Below, in pieces: positions 25,052 to 32,279 of a stretch of DNA of 32,279 nucleotides; positions within the stretch are counted from its first letter, which is position 1; each line of letters begins with the position of its first letter. Below the pieces are notes generated by a model. It saw only the letters and a list, made by a program, of their open reading frames with translations, had not been told where the DNA came from and did no database searches. A program made the translations under genes and the position numbers. This DNA is from a bacterium (GTDB lineage Bacteria > Arandabacterota > Arandabacteria > Arandabacterales > JALGWA01): assembly GCA_050125095.1 (NCBI GenBank), contig JASFEA010000015.1, forward strand, positions 1 to 32,279, read 5' to 3'.

Positions 25052-27727
25052 ATGCGAACCATTGCTATTCCAGTGCTGTTGCTCTCTGTAGTGACCTCGA
25101 TGCCTGCGGCTATTGCGCACATGCCTGATGAGAACAAGGCCGTGGAGTCGCGGAGGCATGAGGTATCACCTGGAAGCATATCGGTTGAGCAGGCCGCAAA
25201 GGGCGTCCGCGGTAACGACATGCTTGGGACGTGCAACCTCACGCCCTACGCTCCGTCGGGCTGGGCCCAGAGGATTGTGCCGCGCGACACCAATGACACG
25301 CGGCAGGACTACTGCCCTTGGTCGGACTCGCTCCCAGGCAATGTTGCCGGGACCTACATGAACCTTGCCTGGATCAACGAGGGACCGGACAGCTGCGGCT
25401 ACAATGAGACGCACCTATTCGTGGACGGCGAGGAGATTGCATGGGGCTATTACTCTGCGATGGGGCCCGGGGGCTGGATATTCGGCCCCAACTGGGGACC
25501 TTTTACCATTCGCGGCGGCAGGCATATCGTGAGCGATACCGTGGACTACTACGACCAGGTCGCCGAGACCGATGAGACCGACAATACATGGATGTGGGCG
25601 TTCAGCTGGACACCCATGATGCTCACCAATGAGGTATCGATATACAGGTCCGTGCCCCCCGAGCGCGGGCCATACCTTTACCCTGCCTGTGATGGCTTCC
25701 AGTTTACGGGAACGTGGTGGAGCGGCGTGGCAATGCTGCCTTTGAATCCCACCGACGACTTCGGGCTGCTTCTCTTCGAGCCCTACGATGGGACATTCAC
25801 GAGTTTCGACGTCAGCCTGGACTATTCGGATGACGTTGCGGGGAACTCGGAATTCGTTCTTATCAACGGCAATCACCCGGGCGTGGGCTATGGGGCCACA
25901 CGCGATGTGGGCGTCGTAAGAGATGGAATCGGGGCTGGAAGCGGTTTCTATATAGACCAGTCAAACGCCGCTGTGCTGATCGCGGCTCCCGGAACGACCT
26001 CTTATGATACACTTGAAGTCAATGAGATAATGGACTTACACACCATCGAATTCACATCCACCGGACTATATTCCGTTGAGCTCATCGTGGCGGACGGTGA
26101 CGCCGACCTGGGTTTATCCCTATACGACTGCGCGAGCGACTATATGGACAAGTTCGACCATGTGCCGGACGGCTTCGCCGAGGATAACGGGTCGGGGCAG
26201 GGAGAGACCCTGCATGTAGCAATATCTGCAACGGGATTCTACGCCGCCGCGATCTGGAAGACGGACTCGTTTGAACGTAACGAGACCGCGGTCTTCCGGC
26301 TTGAAGTCACGAGGTCGCTCCCCAATCTGATTCCTTACACGCCGGTGGGCTGGGACTTTCCGGTGGTACCGCGCGATACGAATGACACGCAGATGGACTA
26401 TGCCCCGCTGTCCGCGGAACTTCCGGGCAACATCGCCGGTACCTACATCAATTATGCATGGCGGAACGACGGACCGGGCGGCGCGGGGCCACACGAAACG
26501 TATTTCTATCTGGACTCGGGCTATCTCTTCCACCAGGGTTTCAGCGGTTTGAATCCGGGAAGCTGGTTCTATGGGCCCAACCAGGGCCCGATAGAGGTCA
26601 GGGGCGGCAGGCATACCATAAGCGAACACGTGGACTACCCGGACGCCGTGGTTGAAAGCGACGAAGGCGACAACTTCTGGGAGCATCAGTTTGTCTGGTC
26701 GCCTCTCGAGCTTACCGAGGACATACCGGTATTGAGACAGCCGCCGCCGGGGCGTGGGGCAGGACCCCATCCCAACTGCGACGGATACAACTTCCCCAAG
26801 CGCAACGACTACACGTACGTTACGGGTCTATGTCCCAGGGCCGATTATGACTACGATCTCTATCTTTATGACGACTATGCCAACAGCCAGTCCGGGTTCA
26901 GCAATCTCCTGGCGATGTCGGAAGCGGGCTCGGGCGAGACGGACTTCGTCGGAGTGCGATATGACCACTATGCCAGCTATCCAGCGGCCGTGGTTGGATT
27001 TGATCCGGGAACCGGCGGAGTTGAGACCAACATGGTTGTCCACGCCGTGACATCGCAGGGGTATGTCGTCTTTGCCTCCGACCTTCCGACGGAGCTCGTC
27101 CACCATATCAGCGCAGGACGAATACTCAGGGTATACAATGTGGAGCTCGGCGCCGGCACATACGACTTCCATCTCGTCAACCAGGCCGGCAATGCCGACC
27201 TCGCTGTGGCGTTAATGCCACCCGCTGCGGGTTTCTACGGGCGCGGTGACGCAACGCTGGAGGCGGATGCCGGCGGCCAGGGCGAAGACGAGGCGTTCTC
27301 GTTCACGTCTGGAGCCCATTACTGGTATGAAGTTGTCGTCTTCAAAACGGGGTACCAGGAGCTGAACAAGTACTGCACGTACCGCCTGAGAATCGGAGAT
27401 GAGGGTACGGCGGGCGCACGTGATGATGTCGCCCGCAGCATACCAGACGACCTGGTGATCGAGCAGAACACCCCCAATCCATTCGGCGCCTCCACATCCA
27501 TAATCTTCGGCGTGCCGGATGGGGGTGCGCACGCGAGCCTCATGGTCTTTGACGTTTCGGGGAGATACGTCGCAACCCTCGTAGATGAGTTCCGGGGGGC
27601 TGGCTACCACAGCGCTACATGGGACGGTACAACATACTTGGGCCTTGAGGCTTCCACGGGAGTCTATTTCTACAGGCTGGACGCAGGGGCCAGCTCTCTT
27701 GTGGGGAGGATGCTTCTACTCAGATAG
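25052..27727 (+). CDS. Large secreted protein with a duplicated CARDB-like/PPC-like module and C-terminal FlgD-Ig/T9SS-like domain
   Basis: Signal peptide; two ~363-aa repeats (NLxPYxPxGW...VPRDTNDT...LPGNxAGTY...RGGRH...VxExDExDN); QNTPNPF...WDG...GVYFYRL...RMLLLR. Confidence 0.88.
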   Translation: MRTIAIPVLLLSVVTSMPAAIAHMPDENKAVESRRHEVSPGSISVEQAAKGVRGNDMLGTCNLTPYAPSGWAQRIVPRDTNDTRQDYCPWSDSLPGNVAGTYMNLAWINEGPDSCGYNETHLFVDGEEIAWGYYSAMGPGGWIFGPNWGPFTIRGGRHIVSDTVDYYDQVAETDETDNTWMWAFSWTPMMLTNEVSIYRSVPPERGPYLYPACDGFQFTGTWWSGVAMLPLNPTDDFGLLLFEPYDGTFTSFDVSLDYSDDVAGNSEFVLINGNHPGVGYGATRDVGVVRDGIGAGSGFYIDQSNAAVLIAAPGTTSYDTLEVNEIMDLHTIEFTSTGLYSVELIVADGDADLGLSLYDCASDYMDKFDHVPDGFAEDNGSGQGETLHVAISATGFYAAAIWKTDSFERNETAVFRLEVTRSLPNLIPYTPVGWDFPVVPRDTNDTQMDYAPLSAELPGNIAGTYINYAWRNDGPGGAGPHETYFYLDSGYLFHQGFSGLNPGSWFYGPNQGPIEVRGGRHTISEHVDYPDAVVESDEGDNFWEHQFVWSPLELTEDIPVLRQPPPGRGAGPHPNCDGYNFPKRNDYTYVTGLCPRADYDYDLYLYDDYANSQSGFSNLLAMSEAGSGETDFVGVRYDHYASYPAAVVGFDPGTGGVETNMVVHAVTSQGYVVFASDLPTELVHHISAGRILRVYNVELGAGTYDFHLVNQAGNADLAVALMPPAAGFYGRGDATLEADAGGQGEDEAFSFTSGAHYWYEVVVFKTGYQELNKYCTYRLRIGDEGTAGARDDVARSIPDDLVIEQNTPNPFGASTSIIFGVPDGGAHASLMVFDVSGRYVATLVDEFRGAGYHSATWDGTTYLGLEASTGVYFYRLDAGASSLVGRMLLLR

Positions 27728-27814
27728 GTTTATGCGTCAGATAAGTCAACGCATCGGGCTGCACCGCTGATAACGGCGCTCTCAGGCGGTTGAGCGACGC
27801 AGTCCGAGCCGCCC

Positions 27815-28390
27815 CTATTTCCAGAGGGTCTTTATTCTGCCCCAGGTCAGCGGCTCCGACTGGATTATCCTGGGTTCGACCCCGGCGGTGGGGTCGATTG
27901 TAAGCGAAAGCCAGTCGAGCCTGGTCCTTCCGCCGTCCAGCATTTCGATTCTTATTATTATGGTGTCCGCAGGCATCAGTATCGAGCCGCTCCCGGCGAC
28001 TTCAGTGTACGACGCGCCCGATCACCCGAGGCCGTAGCCGTAGGTCATGTAGCTCGAGTACGCGAAGGTGGCTGAGCCCTCTCGCCTGAACCTGGCCCGG
28101 TGCTGGCTGAATTCAAAGAGCTCGCCGGCCGACCGGAGGGTATCGTCGTATTCGGCGACCATGTCCAGGACGACCCTGAGCTCGATAAAGTCGCCTGCGG
28201 TATCGTAGCCGTCCACGGCGTAGCCCCCGCTGGCGCCGCTGCAATATGTTACGTAGATCGGGTCGCCGCCCGCGTTATATGAGGCGACGTAGTCTTCGGC
28301 CTCAAGGATTATGGTCTCCGCGAAGGCGACAGAAGCAAGCATGGAAGTGAGGATCAGGATAAACCAAAAAACGAGCACAGATGTTCGCAC
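27815..28390 (-). CDS. Secreted CBM6/CBM35-like beta-sandwich protein with an in-frame TGA (codon 123); candidate selenoprotein of 191 aa
   Basis: GTG start after GAGGGG; signal peptide ending AFA-E; ILEAEDY...CSGASGGYAV. After TGA 28024-28022 the frame continues SGASYTEVAGSGSILMPADTIIIRIEMLDGGRTRLDWLSLTIDPTAGVEPRIIQSEPLTWGRIKTLWK to TAG 27817-27815. Confidence 0.8.
27971..28019 (-). promoter_or_regulatory. Putative bacterial SECIS element
   Basis: Immediately 3' of the UGA: basal GGGCG/UGCCU, UC/GA, GUA/UAC, upper stem AGUCGC/GCGGCU, and apical loop CGGGA starting 26 nt after the UGA. Confidence 0.6.
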
Positions 28391-28421
28391 GTGTCTTGCC
28401 CCCTCTGAAAGGTCAGCCATA

Positions 28422-28450
28422 AGCTTACCAGCCCGAGGCCGCCAAGTCAA
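28422..28450 (-). promoter_or_regulatory. Sigma70-type promoter with extended -10 for the candidate selenoprotein gene
   Basis: TTGACT (28450-28445), 17-nt spacer ending in TGG, TAAGCT (28427-28422). It supports the GTG 28390 start. Confidence 0.65.
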
Positions 28451-28471
28451 GGAATTCGGGGGGTGTCGTCC

Positions 28472-29182
28472 CTATCGCCGGCCGGAGGTGAAGCGATATC
28501 CCACCCCGTGGACGGTGAGAATGTGATGGGGGCTTGAAGGGTCGTTTTCGATCTTGCGGCGCAGCCGCGCGACATGCTGGTCCAGCGTGCGCGTGGTTCC
28601 CTCGTACTTGAGTCCCCACACCTCATCCAGTATGACAGAGCGGTCCAGAACCTTGCCGTCATGCTCGACGAAGAATTTGAGAAGCTGCACCTCCCTCAGC
28701 GTCATCGAAAACCCCGCGCCGCCCTTGCTGCCCTTCAGTGTCCCCGCGTCTATTCTAACGTCAGCGAATTCTATGGGCGTGTCGTCCCACCTCTTCCCGG
28801 CCCCGGCGGGCTCGCCGGAGGCGCGTCTCAAAGCGGCCCTTATGCGCGCAAGCAGCTCCCGGACGCTGAAGGGTTTTACGATATAGTCATCTGCGCCTAT
28901 CTCAAGCCCTACGACCTTGTCCACCTCCTCGCCCTTGGCGGTGAGCATTATGATGGGGGTCCTGCCGTCTGTGCGCCTTATTTCCTTGCAGACGTCATAG
29001 CCGCTCTTCTCGGGAATCATGATGTCGAGGAGGACGAGGTCCGGTCGTCTTTCGGTGTAGACGCTGAGGGCCTTCTTTCCGTCTCTTGCCGACCATACCC
29101 TGAAGCCCTCGCCTTCCAGGAGGTCGATAAGCCCCGAGAGTATGGCCGCGTCGTCTTCAACGACCAGGATCACTTGACTCAT
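28472..29182 (-). CDS. OmpR/PhoB-family response regulator
   Basis: VVEDD, LLDIMIP, IIMLTA, GADDYIVKPF, and winged-helix RTLDQHVARLRRKIE...ILTVHGVGYRF. Confidence 0.96.
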   Translation of the reverse strand: MSQVILVVEDDAAILSGLIDLLEGEGFRVWSARDGKKALSVYTERRPDLVLLDIMIPEKSGYDVCKEIRRTDGRTPIIMLTAKGEEVDKVVGLEIGADDYIVKPFSVRELLARIRAALRRASGEPAGAGKRWDDTPIEFADVRIDAGTLKGSKGGAGFSMTLREVQLLKFFVEHDGKVLDRSVILDEVWGLKYEGTTRTLDQHVARLRRKIENDPSSPHHILTVHGVGYRFTSGRR

Positions 29183-29201
29183 CTAGAACCTGTCCTTCAT
29201 T

Positions 29202-31406
29202 TCAATCCTGTCCTTCAACCCCGGCCAGCGGCAGGACGATAGAAAACGTGCTGCCGCCGCCCTCACGAGCAGCATAGCGGATGTCCCCGCCGTGGTCAGC
29301 AATGATCTTGCGTGCGATCGTAAGCCCGAGACCTGCGCCTTTGACCTCCGATGTCAGCGAGTCGTCGACGCGGTAGAACTCGTCGAAGATGTTACGTACC
29401 TCTCCGGACGGTATGCCGATGCCCCTGTCGCTTATGCTGACAACGGCACGTCCTTCGTCATGCCCCACATCCATTTCTATTTGCCTGACGTCGGGCGAGT
29501 ACTTCTCCGCGTTGGAAAGCAGGTTGACGACGGTCTGCTTGATGGCCTCCTCGTCGGCGCCGACCTCGAGTATGCCGGAGCGCGTCGTGAATTTCACCTC
29601 GAAGCCGTTCTGCTCGAGCCGGGCGCGCTCGCTCTCGACAACGTCGCGGGCGAGGGCGACCAGGTCGCAGGTCCTCATATTGTACCTTTTCTCGCCCCGC
29701 TCCATTCGCGAGAAATCCAGGACGTTGTTTATGAGCCGGGTCAGCCTCTCTGTCTCGGCCGTCATGACTTCGAGGTAGTGTTTCTGCTTCTCGGGGTCGG
29801 CCTGGCGCCCGTCCCGGAGCATCTCGGCGAACATGCGTATGGAGGTGAGCGGCGTCTTGAGCTCATGGGAGACGTTGGCGACAAAAGACGTTCGCTGGCG
29901 GGCGAGCCTGACCTCCGCATATGCGGATCTCAGGACGAGCACGCTTCCCGTGAGAATGGAGACGAACAGGATCAATATGAGTATCCACATCACGGTCGTG
30001 GTCGCCCGCGCCCTTGAGGTAATTGCGTCGGGCGCGGTAAGGTACGCGGCGCTCTCCCAGCGGGGGAGAAGCTCGCTGATTTCCACGGCGACGAATGGTC
30101 GCTGCCAGTCGCGGCCTTCCTCGCCCTGCGGCAGTATAAGCGGATTCCCGCTCTCATCCAGAACCGTGAGGATGCGGACGGGCGAGTAGATATTGGGAAG
30201 AGCGCCCACTATGCGCTCCCTGAAGGCCCCCGAATCGATCAGGCAGCCCATGATTCTGCCGCCCGGCAGCCTCCGCCAGTATATATGCCTGAGCGCGCCG
30301 TCTATAGTCCTCGGGATGATGCCGCTCTGCCGGTCGGCCACGATTTCGCTGAAGCTGAGGGGCTGCTCGACGAAGATCGACCTTATCCTGCCGGCCCCCG
30401 CCGGCCCCACGGCCCCAGCCTGGCCTGCCCTGGGCGCCTCCGGGCGCTTCTCATCGGAGTCAAGACCGGACTCCCGCGTTGCCGGAACCTCCCGCCCCTT
30501 ATCTCTCGTGTCTCCCGCAGCCATATCGTGCGCCGGGGCTGTCGGCTCCACCGCTTCCTCTTCCGCCGCGGCTCCGGCTTCCTCGGCAAGGTACTCCTCG
30601 CCGACCTGGGAGGGGGCGACATTCCTCAACATGACTTTCTGGCCCTCGTCATCGGCCCTGTCGAACACCTTCTGGCGCACTTCTTCGCTTCGCTGGAATT
30701 CCGCGATTGCGCTCTGCTTCTTCGTTTCCACGCCCTTTGCCTGAGGCGCGGCGCGGCCCGTGACCTCGGGCACGCTCCCGGGCAGGGTCGGGTCGTAGGC
30801 GCGCTCCCGCTCTGCCGCGGCCCTCTCGCCGGCCCCAGCCACCGATTCGGCCGCGTCCACGAGCGCCTCCGTCCTGGCGGAAGGCGCCTCCTCACTCTCG
30901 TACACCGTGCTCTCATCAGCTTCTCCCAGGATCTCGTCCTGGAAGGCCACGGCGATGTTCTCGTAAACCAGTATTTCTTCCCTGTCGCTGAAGAAGGCCT
31001 CCTGCTCGGCGGCGAAGGAGTCCTCCTTTGTTTCGCTTTTTTCAGCAGCGCTGCGGGTAGCCGCGGGCCAGAGGATATGGTGTTCCGGTGAGAGCAGGAA
31101 TGGAATCTCCACAAGCGCGGAGGTCCGCTTCCAGGCCTCGAAGACATTGGACGGGTCGCCCGTCTCGGGTGGCGCGTCGGCCGCCGCCAGCTCGTTCTGC
31201 ATGGCGTCCATCTCCGTTGCCACAACGGAGGCCACATGGGTGACATCGGCGGTGAGCGTGCCCTCGAGCTGCTTCTCTATATATGCCTCTTCGTGGCTTA
31301 TTGCTCTTATGGCGAGGAGACTCAGTATTACGGCAGGCACTATTATCGCGGCCATGAAGACTATGCCGATATACTTCCTGATCCCGTATGCCGCCACCGG
31401 TCTCAC
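29202..31406 (-). CDS. Membrane sensor histidine kinase
   Basis: Two TM helices; H-box VSHELKTPLTSI; N-box NLLSNAEKYS; G1 DRGIGI; F-box IFDEFYRV; G2 GAGLGL. Confidence 0.95.
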   Translation of the reverse strand: MRPVAAYGIRKYIGIVFMAAIIVPAVILSLLAIRAISHEEAYIEKQLEGTLTADVTHVASVVATEMDAMQNELAAADAPPETGDPSNVFEAWKRTSALVEIPFLLSPEHHILWPAATRSAAEKSETKEDSFAAEQEAFFSDREEILVYENIAVAFQDEILGEADESTVYESEEAPSARTEALVDAAESVAGAGERAAAERERAYDPTLPGSVPEVTGRAAPQAKGVETKKQSAIAEFQRSEEVRQKVFDRADDEGQKVMLRNVAPSQVGEEYLAEEAGAAAEEEAVEPTAPAHDMAAGDTRDKGREVPATRESGLDSDEKRPEAPRAGQAGAVGPAGAGRIRSIFVEQPLSFSEIVADRQSGIIPRTIDGALRHIYWRRLPGGRIMGCLIDSGAFRERIVGALPNIYSPVRILTVLDESGNPLILPQGEEGRDWQRPFVAVEISELLPRWESAAYLTAPDAITSRARATTTVMWILILILFVSILTGSVLVLRSAYAEVRLARQRTSFVANVSHELKTPLTSIRMFAEMLRDGRQADPEKQKHYLEVMTAETERLTRLINNVLDFSRMERGEKRYNMRTCDLVALARDVVESERARLEQNGFEVKFTTRSGILEVGADEEAIKQTVVNLLSNAEKYSPDVRQIEMDVGHDEGRAVVSISDRGIGIPSGEVRNIFDEFYRVDDSLTSEVKGAGLGLTIARKIIADHGGDIRYAAREGGGSTFSIVLPLAGVEGQD

Positions 31407-31466
31407 CCCCGCGGGACGGCGGGAACGGGAGACGAATCGCCCCCGCGCCCGCTCGCCCCAAGAGTC

Positions 31467-32279
31467 TCACTTACTGTCTTCTGCATCCTTGTCCTTGTCT
31501 TCCTCCGACACGTAGCCCTGCTGCGTGGACTGCGTAAAGGCGTCGTTCATGACGCGCTTGCGCTGGAACTTGCTGAAGCCGACGTTGGCCTCGACATCGA
31601 CCGATATCTCGTCGCACTCCTCAGCTTCTTCCAGGAGCTCAACATCGTTATCGCACCGCGCGGCCGCCTTTTCAAGCTCTAAGGCGTTCTTCTTCAATAC
31701 GGCGGCGGCACCCTTGTGATCGCCCTCATCCGCCAGCGCGATGGCCTCGCGCTTGGCTTCGGACGTTCTGGTCAGCACGGCCTGCTTTGTGACCTCGATA
31801 TTCTCCTCCTCGAGAACGACCTTCTCGTCGCGGTCGAATGTGACGCTGAGGCTCTGCCGGTCGTTCCTGGTCTCGTTGGTATAGGGATCCACATATTCGA
31901 CGTCCACCCTGGCCACCTCGAGCGCTTCGCGGCCTTCTTCACCTGCTACTTCGACTTCAAACAGGGCGTATTTCTCATTCTTGCCGTAGAGCTTGCCGAC
32001 CTTGACCGACATGGTCTGGCCCGATGTCTCGCCCTCCCGGCCGATTACGCGTATGGGCTTCACGCCCCCGGGGCAGTCGACCTTGATCCGGATGTCCCTG
32101 GCCGTAAGCGTCATGGCCTCTCCGATCTCCTCGGCGAATATGGTGGGAAGCTCCCGGCCTGTGCTCGCGAAGTAGGCGTTGCCGCCGCTCTCGGCCGCCA
32201 GCGCCGTCATGAGGTCCTCATTGTAGTCGAGGCCCACCCCTATGGTCGTGACCGTGATGCCCTCGCTCTCGAGCTGGCG
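31467..32279 (-). CDS. vWA domain protein (YfbK-like), 5' part outside the window
   Basis: The frame is open to the window edge: GITVTTIGVGLDYNEDLMTALAAESGGNAYF, followed by an Ig-like segment and a helical C-terminus. Confidence 0.88.
   Translation of the reverse strand, partial: RQLESEGITVTTIGVGLDYNEDLMTALAAESGGNAYFASTGRELPTIFAEEIGEAMTLTARDIRIKVDCPGGVKPIRVIGREGETSGQTMSVKVGKLYGKNEKYALFEVEVAGEEGREALEVARVDVEYVDPYTNETRNDRQSLSVTFDRDEKVVLEEENIEVTKQAVLTRTSEAKREAIALADEGDHKGAAAVLKKNALELEKAAARCDNDVELLEEAEECDEISVDVEANVGFSKFQRKRVMNDAFTQSTQQGYVSEEDKDKDAEDSK

Noticed and set aside
27841-27897. GGTTCGAC T-loop-like motif and hairpins suggesting a tRNA or terminator
   Set aside because: There is no cloverleaf or proper 5-bp/7-nt T-arm, and the region is explained as coding sequence of the readthrough extension.
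28022-28024. Genome-wide UGA reassignment (genetic code 4 or 25)
   Set aside because: Many genes end properly at TGA (e.g. 5887, 9041, 18424, 21318, 24104), and no other gene shows an internal TGA.
28391-28450. Upstream starts (TTG 28450, ATG 28420) for the CBM-like gene
   Set aside because: They coincide with the -35 box or directly abut the -10 box. GTG 28390 has an SD and gives a normal signal peptide.
29189-29217. 11-bp direct repeat CCTGTCCTTCA x2 at the kinase/regulator junction
   Set aside because: A small local duplication that supplies the regulator's SD (GAAGGACAGG on the minus strand), with no sign of an insertion between the copies.

Overview
A GC-rich bacterial window, probably from an FCB-group lineage such as Ca. 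Eisenbacteria, Krumholzibacteriota or Latescibacterota. This is inferred from three FlgD-Ig/T9SS-like C-terminal domains and a C-terminal TWGxIK motif. In order it contains: an RRM RNA-binding protein, a PQQ-like beta-propeller lipoprotein, and a glutamate dehydrogenase operon with two PEP-synthase/PPDK-like ATP-grasp proteins (the second fused to a GAF-like domain and a pol-beta nucleotidyltransferase), facing a convergent metallophosphoesterase. Then come a Tat-lipoprotein phosphodiesterase with a beta-barrel partner, an Omp85-family protein, several secreted proteins, an ECF sigma/anti-sigma/2x DUF4097 operon, and a vWA-histidine kinase-response regulator module. The main finding is a gene the ORF track truncates. 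The small secreted CBM-like ORF ending at TGA 28022-28024 continues in frame for 68 codons, which complete the fold and end in the TWGRIKTLWK motif. A SECIS-like hairpin lies immediately after the TGA. This is a candidate secreted selenoprotein (27815..28390, minus strand, Sec123 plus Cys50). No rRNA, tRNA, CRISPR array or mobile element was found.
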